A stretch of DNA of 64,000 bases from a virus. Both the position numbers and the translations under genes were made by a program. Positions 44,676 to 57,133 of this stretch are shown in pieces (the first letter of the stretch is position 1; each line of letters starts with the position of its first letter). Under the pieces are notes generated by a model, which had not been told where the DNA came from, did no database searches, and saw only the letters and a program-made list of their open reading frames with translations. The stretch is taken from IMG/VR virus record IMGVR_UViG_3300045988_080644, one strand, 5' to 3'.

Positions 44676-45454
44676 TGGAATTTAAAATAGATATATGTAA
44701 TTCGGTACAGGGTGATTTAACTGTATTAGATTTATCTAAAGAGTATGACCAATATTTATCTGAAGAGGAAGAGGTGGCTAGTACTTATGAAGATACATTA
44801 TTATTTAAATACAGTAAGTCGGTGACTGTAAATGTATTAATGAAAATAGGAACTACAGAAATAACATTCTTAGATGCATTAATACATGAACACAATTAGT
44901 TAGAAAATGGAGTATATAAAGATGATGCATGTACTTTCAACCTTAAAGAAGATGGTTTTTATACTATTGACCATTATGTATTTCCGAATATAGATTGGTA
45001 TAATTGGTATAAAAATAAAGCTTCACAAGAATATAAAGATAAAATAAATAGGGTATATATAATAGATGAAGGAGCTATTAAAAAAGAAGTAGATGGAGTA
45101 TTAAAAGAAACTACTCTTAGGGAAGTACTGGAAATGAATTTAGAAGGAACTCCTATTTAGTAGGAACACATAAATACTTTCTTTACAGGAAATATGCAAC
45201 AATGTTATATTAATTATTGTAAGAAATTATTTAATGCATTATTAAATAAATGTCGAACTTCTGCGTATAATGAAGATTTATATGCCAGAGACTTCATTTG
45301 GATGACTCTTAATATAATAGATTATTTAATCTAGTTTGAACAATTTATGGAAGCCGAAAAAATAGTAGAAGAATTTAATACTTGTGGAGGTTTCTGTTAG
45401 AATAATGAATATGGATAGCATACAGCTCATGGATGTGGATGTTCTAAAGCGTAA
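44675..45454 (+). CDS. structural-module protein (259 aa) with Cys-rich C-terminus, TAG-recoded
   Basis: Track fragment 44675..44899 extended through 6 TAG codons to TAA 45452. Confidence 0.6.
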
Positions 45455-45659
45455 AGCAATAGAACTTTATAGAGATTTATTAAATAGAGCAAAGAAAGGT
45501 TATCAAGATGATTATTCATTATTGTTAAATATTATTTGTTTTATTAGTTTACCTATAGATATAGATAATAAAGAATTTATTAAAGAGAACTTACTAAATT
45601 AGAATGATACACTCTATTTACAATTAGGTAGGGAAGGTAGGTTTAACACCATGTTCTAA
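45405..45659 (+). CDS. small protein (84 aa), one in-frame TAG
   Basis: Track ORF 45384..45602 trimmed to the ATG at 45405 and read through one TAG to TAA 45657. It overlaps both neighbours. Confidence 0.4.
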
Positions 45660-46926
45660 AGAAAGACCTAAACAACTTATACCTCTTTTAAAGAGTAATT
45701 TTTTAGGAGAGTTTCAAACAGAACTAGAAAAGAAATTAGCTAGAGAAAGTATAGGTGTAACAGTTACAGGTAAATATACATATCAACCTGACAGTGACCA
45801 TATAACAAACATAGAATAGATTACATCTATCTATGAAGCACTTGATTATGCTTTAACTCTAGCTAAATCTTATCAAGATAAAAAGATAGAAAAATAGATA
45901 GAAACTATTAAAGCTAATATAAATTAGTTAACTAGCACTGTTACTAATTAGGGGGAGGAGTTATCTAATTTATAGGAATTAGTTAATACTATTAATACAT
46001 AGGTAGGGGCCTTAAATAGTCAACTAGCTAATTTAAATGTAGATGATAAAATAGAAGCATGGATTAGAACACATTCGGGTTCAGTAGCTTTAAATGGGGA
46101 ATCTAAATTAGATTTTGCTATATCTCAAGCTGAAGGTAATGCTATTAAATCTAATGCAGATGGTCTCTATGTTGAAAGCTCTTCTGCAGCTGTATATAAA
46201 TCAGAATTATAGGATAATATTAAAATGAATATTTCTGTGGGAGGACTCAAATAGGGAACTAAAGTATCTGACTTAAAAGGTAAAGCATTCTCTACCATAT
46301 TAGATAAACTATTATTCCCGGTATTAGTTAGAGAATTAGTTCAACCTTATGTGGTATCTAATGTATCTAGTTAGCTAGTAGAAGTGGGTAGCCCTATCAT
46401 TCCTGCAAGTACAACTTTTATTAAAGGGGATGCTGGAGAAATAACTTCTAAAACAGATTCTATAACTCACAATGATTAGGCTTACACAGAATCCACATAT
46501 ACAGAGTTGGGAGATTATATTTATAAAGTAGTAATTGATTATTCTGCCGGAGAATATTTAATTGATGATAGAGGATAGACTACTGATAAAAGAATTGAAG
46601 CAGGTTCTATAAATAAAACAGTGGCTACTATTTCTGCAACATATCCCTGGTATTATAATACTCATAAAGGCACTTTAGTTAAGTATGGTACTCAATCTAA
46701 TATAATGGAAATTAATTTATCGGGTAAAGCCGTTATTAAAATACCGGGCGCTAATTCAACTTTAGATAGCTTAAAAGTAAATGGTGGTTTAGGATTCTTA
46801 GAGATTGATATGTCTGGATGGACTAAATCTATTGAACAGATAAACGATTATACATATTAGGTATGGACTAAGAATGATTCTTATGCTTCTGAACTACCTC
46901 ATCAAATTCAATTCACATTAGCATGA
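45604..46926 (+). CDS. tail-fibre-like protein (440 aa), TAG-recoded
   Basis: Frame verified from ATG 45604 to TGA 46924. The N-terminal CSKERPKQLIPLLKSNFLGEFQTELEKKLARESIGV is shared with the 55784 gene. Confidence 0.6.
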
Positions 46927-48038
46927 AATATACAGGTGATTCGTTGTTGGGAGTTTCATTTTCAGTACAAACTCCTAAACCATTAGATTGTAGAACTGTA
47001 GTAAGTACTACTTAGGAATTATATACTATTCCTGTTGAAATAGCATATGAAGGTATGTCAGTTTCTAATCTTGAAGATGGTTATATTTATATGTTAGTGG
47101 ACAAAACTAATATAACTAATTCTGACGGATGGGTGGCTTCTTATAAAGCTCTTTAGTTAGTTAGTTGCACAGAAGCCGAATATACAGAATGGAAGAAAAA
47201 TACTACAGGACAAGGGACTGCAATAGATTCTGAAAAACCATATTTACATAATGACACTTATTATTATATTTATGAGGATAGTATTGAAAATAAGGATACA
47301 TATTATGTAAATCAAGAATAGTACCAACGTGTTTGGAACCTAGCATCTTCTAAAGCTGATAACACTAGTTTCCTGGCTTTACAAAAGAAAGTGGAAAGTA
47401 ATAATACTAATATTACTACCAACTACTTAACTAAAGAAGACGCCACAAATACTTATATAAATAAATCATTTTTAGAAGGTACTGCAGAAACTACTTTAAA
47501 AGAAGTAACAGATAAGTATCAAACAGCAGAAACATCTGATTCTAAATATTTAAAGCCTTCAAATTTTGGAGTAGATGATGTAAATACTTAGTTTTCATTT
47601 TTAAATACTACAGCTTTTGAAGAATACAAGTCTACTGTTACAGAATAGTTAGACACCAAAATAACTAAAAACTCTAGAGCCACGTTGGAAAGCTTAATGG
47701 TAAATACTATCCAGAATACTTCAGGTAATACCATGAGTATTAAAACTGACGGTATATTCTATGGCACAGAGAAGTTAGCTAAAGTTTCGGAAGTACCTAA
47801 GTGGATGTGTTTATCCCAAGAAGAATATAAATAGTTAGAGACAGATGGGGCTTTACAGGATGATACTTACTATTTAACATATGGCAAAAATGCAGATGAT
47901 TCGGGATTTGTAACTGCAGACTTATTAGAAAGATAGATAAAGTCTATTATGTAGGGTGTAACTAATCTACAAGATTCAGCAACTTTAGCAGATTGTATTT
48001 CTAAAGTAAATGAAATAATAGATAAATTCAAAGTTTAA
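46923..48038 (+). CDS. structural protein (371 aa), TAG-recoded
   Basis: ATGA overlap with the upstream gene. Frame verified to TAA 48036. Confidence 0.6.
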
Positions 48039-48095
48039 TAATATTCTTATATTGTTGTCTTTTCCTATTATTTATTAAACTAAAACTTATTTATT

Positions 48096-48704
48096 ATGTC
48101 AACAATTTGGAAAAATGGAAAATATTAGCCTTTAATTAGGTATGTCACTAATAAAGATTTTAAACTATTATCTAACCTTGTAAATATTATAAATGGGGAT
48201 TCCAATACTAAAGGTTCCTTTAGAAAAACTATAAAAGACTTAATTGGAGGAGCCCCTGAAGCTTATGATACATTGAAGGAGATTGCAGATAAACTCAAGA
48301 ATAATGATAATTTATACACAGCTATTAGTAATACTATTGCTACTAAGGCTACTACAGTTGCTCTTAATGAAGAAATCACAAGGGCTAAGGCAGCAGAAGC
48401 GTCTATTACATCAGATGTTAATGCTAAGCTTTCAAAAAAGGCTAACTCTACTGCCCTTAATGATTATGTTCTTACAACAGTACTTAATGAGCAGGTTAAC
48501 ACACTAAATGCTGCTATTGATGCAAAGTAGCCTAAAGGTAATTATCTTACAGAGCACCAGTCTCTCGAAGAGTATGCCAAGAAGAGTGAGATTGCTGAAT
48601 AGATTGCTGCTAAGGCTGACGTTACAGCTCTCACAGCACTTGAAGCACGTATTGCAGCACTTGAAGCCAAGCATACTGAAACTAATACTTAGATAGAAGC
48701 TTAA
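48096..48704 (+). CDS. tail-fibre-like coiled-coil protein (202 aa)
   Basis: It contains GGAPEAYDTLKEIADKL, the widespread phage tail-fibre motif aPeaLDTLkELA, followed by heptad-like ALN/ALE repeats. It has only 4 TAG and is locally GC-richer. Confidence 0.6.
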
Positions 48705-48725
48705 TAAAATTATATTAGATGTTAA

Positions 48726-48947
48726 ATGATATATAGAAATGGTAAGTTAGTTTCTGAAATTAATAAAAATCTTTCAGAATTAATCGACACAATTGAATAG
48801 GTAGCACAGAGAAGTATAGGAGCTGTATATAAAGGTTCCTAGTTAGTATTTTTAACTGTGCTAAATGCTATAAAGAGCTGTTATGGTAGTGGTTCTTGGC
48901 TTTCAGATAAAAATTGGTTAGATAATGATTATTGGAAAAATAAATAA
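48726..48947 (+). CDS. small protein (73 aa), 2 in-frame TAG
   Basis: Hand-read ATG..TAA ORF between two fibre genes. Confidence 0.45.
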
Positions 48948-48952
48948 ATAAA

Positions 48953-51900
48953 ATGGCAATCTTTAAAGATTTAGAAAATAAAATTGAATCGCTTGAGACA
49001 CCTTGGAATGAAAAAACCGGTCAATAGGTAGAAGATTTAATCTCTCGCCATCTTGTTAATTCTATGGATTTTGCTAATAGTACCCTTACATTAAGAGATT
49101 ATAATGGGGAGGCAATTACTTCTACTAGAGTTACTGTAGAAACTCCATCCTACGATTAGGATGTATTGGTAGTTGCTGTTAGAATTAATGGTACTATTTA
49201 TAAAACTGGTGAAGTAGTTATGTAGTGTAATTCTAAGAGTAAAGTAGAATTAGCAGTAGCTACAAGTCATACTTCTACTACCTAGTCTTTTGGTGTTTAG
49301 GATGCCGCCGGTGCCGTAAAAGTTAAGATACAATATGGGGTTAATAGTATGGAAACTACTGTCGCTCCTTATGCATTAAAAGATTTTACATTAGATTCCT
49401 CTGGTACAAGAATTGAACATCTTAATAAAGCAGATAGTGAATTAAGATGGGTAGACATTACAGAATTGTTTACTGATTCATAGGAGAGTAAAATTACTGC
49501 TACTCTTGTAGATTATCCACAAAAATCTAGCATTCTTAATGTATCTATTAAAAGCTAGAAGATAACTCTGTTGTATACAGGCAATATTATTTCTACCACT
49601 GCTCAGTTCACTCTTAGTGGAGGCTTATCTACAGAATATCATTTAGAGGGTTATCTAAATGCGAAACCTACAAATACTACTGACGGTGATCTGTCTTTTG
49701 GTGAGTTATAGTCTGGCTTAAATTTATTAACTGTTAAGGCAGTACATAAGACTCAAAACATTGCAACAAATTATATAAATGTTTGTGTAATTAATCCTTC
49801 AGGATTTAGTGGGGTTGCTGTAGCGGTAAATGGAATTACGGGTTCTATTAATAACCACGATACAGTAGAGTTGTATACACTTACTGTTTATAGTCCTACT
49901 AAAGAGTCAGTAACTATTAATACCTATCTAAATTCTGACTCATCAGATGATAGATAGAACTTACTTGATACAGTAATAGTTAATGCTTAGAATTATACAG
50001 CGGATAATAAATACGAGGTTACTTATAAGAAATATATAGAAGTAAATAGTGATGATGCTAAATAGTATTTACAAGTAGAAGTAAATGGCTAGCTTTATTA
50101 GTTCCAATCAACTAATTCTAATAAGGTATTTATGTCTAATTATTAGACATTATCTATCTCTAAGGCAAATGCTAATTATTTGTATACTGCTAGTCCCCGA
50201 CCTACAATTAACTTTGATTAGATAAATGGTAGAACTACTACTTTATTTAATGTAAGTCCGGATTATTGGACGGCTTCAGATGGTAAAATAATATATAGAG
50301 TAGAATCTAATACTAATAAGGTATTTGAAACTCCTGTTAATTTATAGTTAAGTAATAACTTTACTCTTGAATTTGGTTTTAAATCCTATAATATAAGTAA
50401 TGAGGAGTCTCCAGTAATTACATTTGGTCAAATGTTAATTAAACCAACTGTAGTATGTTGGAACACATCAGCAGAGTAGCTTTATAATGCTAGATTTGCA
50501 CAATTCAAGGAAGATGCGGATACACATATTACTATTACAGTACAAAAGGGGTTTACTCTTAATTAGAATGATCCATATTATCCTAATTATTTCTTAGCAT
50601 AGGATTCTTATAATACATTAAAAGCTAATTTGGACAGTGCCAAATTTAACTTAGTAAGAATCTATGTTAATGGAGTAATTAATAGAGAAATATCTATTGA
50701 TGATGCCACTTTACTTGCACTGTAGCAGGAGGCTTAGTTACAAATAAATCCTAAGGGTTCTGATTTAGACTTATATTTATTAAGAGTTTATAATTCTACG
50801 GCACTTACTTTTGATTAGATTTAGCATAATTATATTTCCTTCTTAGCTACTAGAGAATAGAAAGATAAGTTCTACGATAGAAATAATATCCTAGGAACTA
50901 ACGGTGCGATTTCATTTGCTAAAAGTTTTGGTAAATACAATACGTTAGTATATGTATTCCCTAAAGGGGGTAAGTTACCAAATAGAACCTGGCAAGCTGA
51001 AAATAATAAACCGGGAGATCAAGATAAAGCAGCTAAGAAAATTAGATGTACGTTATTTATTAACTATGCTGATTAGGCAATTAATAAAATATATGGTGGT
51101 AGAATAAATAATGGTCTTGTTAAGGGTTAGGGTTCTTCGGCTATGCGTTATTTAATTTGGAATACAACATTCTAGTTAAATAAGTTTAAAGACAATGAAA
51201 TTAAGGTGAAGAGTGTGTTTACTCCTTACGAAGATTTAGATACTTCTACTAATAAATTTATAGCTAAACCTACTCATGAAAAGAAGGGTTATTATAATAT
51301 GCCTCCTTACAGTGGTTAGTATGATTCTACTGAAAAAGATTTAAAGGTAACTAAACTTGTAGGTAAGGTCAATTTCGCTTCTTCTATGCAGTCTCATAAA
51401 GAGGGAGCTTGTAAACTTTATAATGATGCATATAAATCGGATTCTGATTAGACCGGATTACTTATGGGAGGCCGTAAGGCAGTACATGAAGAAGCTTTCT
51501 TATACTTCTATTTAATTACTGATTTAGAGTCTGTGGCTAACTATGAATTAGCAGACTTACTTAAGAATCCTGATATTTAGTTTATGGGATTCCAGACATT
51601 TGGTTCAGCTAAAGGTGATAAGGCTACTTTCGGTTATGATGAGAATGCAACTCCTGAATATATCTTAATAGAAGGTGGTGAGAACTCTGATCCCCATGTT
51701 AACTTTAGAAGACCTTGGGCTGCTTTGCAACGTGCCGGATTAAATTCAGCAAGTTCTAGAACATTAACTAATTTCCCAACTGTTACAGTAGAAGAATAGC
51801 AATCACCTAATAGAGATTATACAAAGAATCTTTGGATTTCCGACGAATCTATTGTTTACTAGAATCGTGGTTCTTGGGATGTAGACTTTGGATTAAATGA

Positions 51901-54900
51901 TGATGCCAATGATTTTGCAGAACCTGCTCGTAAATCATTAAATAAGTTTGGAGAGTTTGTAGACTTTGTTTACAAATATAACTTTAATTTAGTTAAGACA
52001 GGGGAGACAGATGTTACTAAATGGGATACATTAAATAGATATATAGCTACTAAGGCTATTCCGGCATTTACTGGTTCTAAAGAAGGCGATATTTATCGCT
52101 ATGATGAGTTTGCAGGAAGTACAAGTGCTACTGGAGAGGCTGTTGGAGGCTGGGTAAGAGGAGGTACTATATATGATCCTACTACTGGTTGGTCAAGACT
52201 AAATATCTATGAAGATTTTGGAATGGATTCTAGCATTAATTAGCTTGATATAGCTATTGATGAACTCAAATCTTTATTTAAAAAGGGAATAACTAAATAT
52301 ATAGATATAAATGATGTAGCCATGCATTAGGCTGTAATTAGATTTTTATCAGGTACTGATAATAGGGCTAAAAACACTTACTTTTAGATATTTGGTAAAA
52401 TCTATGAAAATAAAGCAGTGTCCGATGAAACCGATAACTGGTAGCCGTCAGACAGAGGTGATTATTTAATTAGATTATATGGTGATGACTTAGATACTGT
52501 TATTGCAACTGATAATAACGGTCTGTAGTCTAAACCTTATAATTTACTTGAACCATCTTATGTTTCAGAGACTGCCTCCCAATGGGGTGATAGTGGATTA
52601 AATGCCTTCTTCTATATGTTTGATTTGCAGTTTGAAGATATTATTAAAAATAAACTTCATACAGTAATTAATCAAGCATTTGGAACAGCTTCGGGAGAGA
52701 ATACTAATTTCTATAAATATTTCTATAGTATTTAGGCAGACAAGTGTCCTGCTATTGCTTATAATCATACTGCTCAAATTTATTATGAGAATGCTCAAAT
52801 AATTAAGAATGCAGGTGCTATTGAGTATTATGATAATAACTAGATCGAACCTATTGAGCAGAGTCATGGTTCATGTCTGGAAGGTGAGCAGTAGTTTATG
52901 GAAAAGAGAAGGAATTTCTTAGCTTCATATACTAAGTAGAGTACTACTCCCGATTATCCAACAGGTTCTTCTGCCGGAGGTAATAAGAGACCCTTGTAGT
53001 TAAGATTAGAATTTACTCCTTTTTAGGATTTTTATCCTACATATTACTATGATGGTACTAAGTATTTGATGCCTAATAATAATGCCGATTATAGACCGGA
53101 TATAATTAAATATTTAGTTAAAGCAGATTAGAATTATGTAGTTAATCTAAAGGAAACAGGTCCAGCTATTAATGAGGGTTTAATTTCTACAGTATTATAC
53201 AAGAAACTTAATATAACTGGTCTAGTTAACTACAGTATTAAACCTAAAGATTCATATACTAGATTAACTAACTTTACTATTGATAATAATAACTTAAAAG
53301 TATATAAAGACTTCTTTGGAACTGATTATCCTAAATATAGATTGGATGAATTTGCAATGAGAGGTCCGGTATTAGAGAGTTTAACTCTTAATAATATGAC
53401 CACACTTGAAACTCTTAATCTTACAGACTTTAATAAGTTAAAAGAGATTAATCTGAGTGGGACTACATTCAAGAGAGTTATATTACCAAGTAAAGCAGAA
53501 ACTGTAATTCTTCCTGAGACTATCGAGACATTAGAATTATATAATCCAGTTAAGGAACTCAGATTAGAAGGAATTAGTAATTTAAAGACAGTAGATTTAT
53601 CTAATGTTGGACAATTTGATGTGAATTCTTTCTTAGAATAGTTGGTTGATTGTAACAGTCTTGAATCTGTTTCTTTACGTAACTTAACTATTAATGTAAC
53701 TGAGCAAACCCTCTCTAAGTTACTCTCTGTTAAAAACAATATTACTGGAACAATTAATATTGTAGATAGTACAGGTGATTTGGTAGAAATTAGTTATGAC
53801 ACTAAGAAGAGCTTGGTAGAATAGTTTGGAGATATTGATAATGCAACTAATAATCCAAAAGTTAATTATAAAGCTTCTAGTTCAGCTTTCTCTGCTACTT
53901 GTGATTCTGAAATAACTATATTTGGATTGGGTGATAAGGGAACTGGTAAATTTAATTTATAGATTAATAGTAACTAGGTAAAAATAGTAAGTGACCCAAC
54001 TCCTAGATTACATATTGATTATTAGTTAGCTAGTTCTACTTATGATTAGTACTTAAAGGTAGACTCAAAGACAGGTAATATTACTTTAATTAAAGAAAGT
54101 ACTACTGTATAGCCAGTAATTAATATCTTAGTATATAAAATTGGAAGTTCTACTCCTACTAAACTTACATGTAAAGTTAAAATCTAGTGGACAGCCCCTC
54201 AAATTGGAGACTTTGTTTACTATGATGGTTCATACTCTAATAACTATAATGCTAATAAAACTTGTGTGGGTATGGTATATGCTGTAGAGAATACTAATGA
54301 TACTAGTGGAACAGCTTATGTTATAGGTAAGGAGAATATGACTGAGAATACTTCATTCTACCTAGGATTTAGTCCAGAGGGTATTAGTGGTAGCGAAGAT
54401 TTAGTTCTTAAAGAATTATATGCTATAGGTGATTGGCTTAAAAATTAGAGATTAATAGCTAATATTACCAGTTCTGATGCTAGTGACTATATAGCTATGT
54501 CTGGTGTATCCACTGATAAACCAGTAGATTAGATTACATATAAATCTTATACTGACTTTACTACAAATGGATTTACTGGTAAAGAAGATACTGCTATTTA
54601 TGTAAATACAGTGAATACCACTGTTCTTAATAAATTATATTCTAGTTTTTAGAATTAGGTTAAGAGTTACATTGCTTATGATAGTATTACCCAAACTTAT
54701 AGTATAAAAAGTATGGATAAGTTAATATCTTTGTGTAAGGGATTAAAAATTACTAATGTAACTTCTGATGAGTTATCTAGTTGTGTAATTTATCCTTATT
54801 ATTATGCTGCTACTTTGTATCAGCCTACATTAAAGTCTACTGAAAGTACTATTTATAACTAGTTTGCTTAGGGTAATTGGTATATTCCATCTGCTAAATA

Positions 54901-55327
54901 GTTAGCAAGAATTATGTATTATAGAGGTTATAGTGCTAAAGGTACTAACTTTATTGATAGTACGTCTGTTTCGGAAACTATTACTAAACAAAGTTCCGGT
55001 ACTGAGGCTAAGAATAAAGCAATATTCTCTAATGCTAAATCAGTTATGGGAACTAACTTCCCTTCTGTGTGGTCTAACATAGCTAATAATTAGAATACAA
55101 CTACTACTATAAATAATTCCTCTAATTACAATAGTTATTCCTATTAGAATATGTGTACAGATTATAGTTGTACCGCACATAGATATGAGTGGATTCCAGG
55201 TAGAACCTTTAGCAATAATGCATATGATGCTAATATGTAGTAGTATATAGCGGCTTGGAGGGTGACTAAACATTAGGGAGTTCCATTTACACAATTTACT
55301 TATAATAAAAGCACTTAGAATGATTGA
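48953..55327 (+). CDS. giant 2,124-aa virion/host-interaction protein with leucine-rich repeats, TAG-recoded
   Basis: All 107 sequence lines were read in frame: about 65 in-frame TAG and zero TAA or TGA from ATG 48953 to TGA 55325. Four track fragments share this frame. LRR block LTLNNMTTLETLNLTDFNKLKEINLSG...LELYNPVKELRLEGISNLKTVDLSN lies at about 53.34-53.76 kb. Weaker resemblances are CotH-like at about 50.9-52.9 kb and DUF1566-like GNWYIPSAK(TAG)LARI at about 54.2-55.3 kb. Confidence 0.75.
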
Positions 55328-55787
55328 TAAGAATTTATCTTTAAATAATATGTTAGAGAGGGGAGACCTATTGGCTCTTCCTCTCTCTAAATGGAAAGAA
55401 TTATTAATAGAAAAAGATGGAGCTTGTTTTGACTTTTAGTTAAAGGATATTTTACAAGCTAAATTAACATCTTATGATAAATCTATTGATGTAAATTCTT
55501 TCTATTATAAAGAAGATAAGAAGTGGTTGAATAAAGATACTAGAATTGGATTATAGAATTTAATTAATTGTGGGGCTTAGACTGTAACTATTTAGTTAGG
55601 TTCTGAATTATTAGATATTTCTGCTGACAAATTAAAAGAATTCTTAAATAAGTTAGAAGTTTATGCGGGGGAATGCTTCTCTACAACAGCTAAACATAGA
55701 ATAGCTATTAACTAGTTAAAATCTACAGAAGAATTACTTAATTATGATTTTACAGCAAATTATCCTAAGAAAATAAGATTACAATGA
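55320..55787 (+). CDS. 155-aa protein (possible DUF4376-like fibre accessory), TAG-recoded
   Basis: Frame verified, with 5 TAG. It overlaps the giant ORF by 8 nt and the next gene by ATGA. Confidence 0.5.
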
Positions 55788-56227
55788 ATGATATAAAGAT
55801 TGGACTGGGAGATAATTCCTCCTGGTCCATTTTTGTTCCACCACAACCTGAAAAACCCCCTTCTATTCCTATTGAAATTCCAGATAAAGTGGAATTTAAA
55901 AAGACAACTATAGATAGTGGATTTAGTTGTGATGATAAATTAACTACAAATTGTCCTAAACCATAGTTACATACTCATCTTTGTAAAGAAAATTATTTAG
56001 GAGAATTTAAAGAAGAATCTGAGAAAGCATTAGCTAGGGATAATTTAGGAGTTTATAGTAAAGATGAGATAAGTAAAGTTTTAGAAGATGCAGTTGCAAA
56101 TCTAGACACATCTATTTTTATTACTAAAAAAGAAGTATATAATTTAGTTGAGAATTTAGATTTTGTTAACTCTACTATTAAAGCAAACATAGATTATGAA
56201 ATTCCTGAACAATTATTTAGTTTATGA
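55784..56227 (+). CDS. fibre-module protein (147 aa), one in-frame TAG
   Basis: Track fragment extended. It contains CKENYLGEFKEESEKALARDNLGV, paralogous to the N-terminus of the 45604 gene. Confidence 0.55.
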
Positions 56228-56805
56228 CAGAAATTAGAAGACTATTTCAACAAGGTAAAGAATTTGTTCCTATTTCTTTAGCAGAAGCAGTTGTAGTTAA
56301 TACTAATAATCTTCCAGGATTTAGTTCCTTAAAGATAACGACACTTGATCGAGTCTTATACAGCTTAACAGGGGTAGTTGGTACTAATTCTATAAATATT
56401 AAAAATTTATAGGATACTAAATAGGATAAATTAACAGCTGGTAACGGTATAGTTATTAAAGATGGAGTAATTAGTACAACTGCTAATATCGGAGACATTT
56501 ATAAAATTGTTTCAGTATTACCACATGCATCTGCAGAATTAACTAATACTCTATATTTAGTTCCAACTACTTCAGATAGTACTGAAGATGGAACAAATAT
56601 ATTTGTAGAATGGCTATGTGTTAAAGTAGGGGAAACTTATAAGTGGGAAAAATTAGGAGAGTCTAAAACCACTATTGATTTATCAGATTACATAACTAGT
56701 ATTCCAGTAACTAATAGTAGTGGCACTATAATTAAGGTTAACTACGAAATTCCTAAAGATTTATATGATAACTTAATGGATGGAAGTAATGTCACAACAA
56801 ATTGA
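56224..56805 (+). CDS. fibre-module protein (193 aa), 2 in-frame TAG
   Basis: Frame verified to TGA 56803, with an ATGA overlap upstream. Confidence 0.55.
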
Positions 56806-57133
56806 GCAACTTAAACACGGTACAACTCTTATATTTCCAAGAACTTCACAAGAAGCGGTATTAGTTATTTATAAAAATAAGGTATAGACTTTAGGAGACT
56901 ATATAAATAGAACTGTAATAACTCCAAATGAAAGTCCTTAGAATATAAAAATTTAGTATAATAAATAGGGAGAAATAATTAATACGAAACCTGTTGAAAA
57001 ATTAAATATATTTATAAATGGAAAGCAATATATTGGATATGATGGGAATACAGAAGATAATCTAAATTTTGGAGATGATTTCATTAGCGAAAATAATAAT
57101 ATTAAATTAACTTGGGGAAATGGCATTACTTAA
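56789..57133 (+). CDS. fibre-module protein (114 aa), 4 in-frame TAG
   Basis: Frame verified from ATG 56789 to TAA 57131. Its N-terminus, like that of 56224, has ..FP.TS.EAVLV. Confidence 0.5.

Noticed and set aside
46923-48038. Major capsid protein assignment for the 371-aa or 440-aa proteins downstream of the portal
   Set aside because: No HK97-fold or crAss-type capsid motifs were recognisable by eye. The neighbours look fibre-like, so the capsid gene probably lies outside this window.
41420-56805. TGA-to-Trp (code 4) or TAA recoding in addition to TAG
   Set aside because: TGA and TAA occur only at sensible gene ends, often in ATGA/TAATG overlaps with the next start (for example 46924, 55325, 55785, 56225, 56803). 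They never occur inside the verified long frames.
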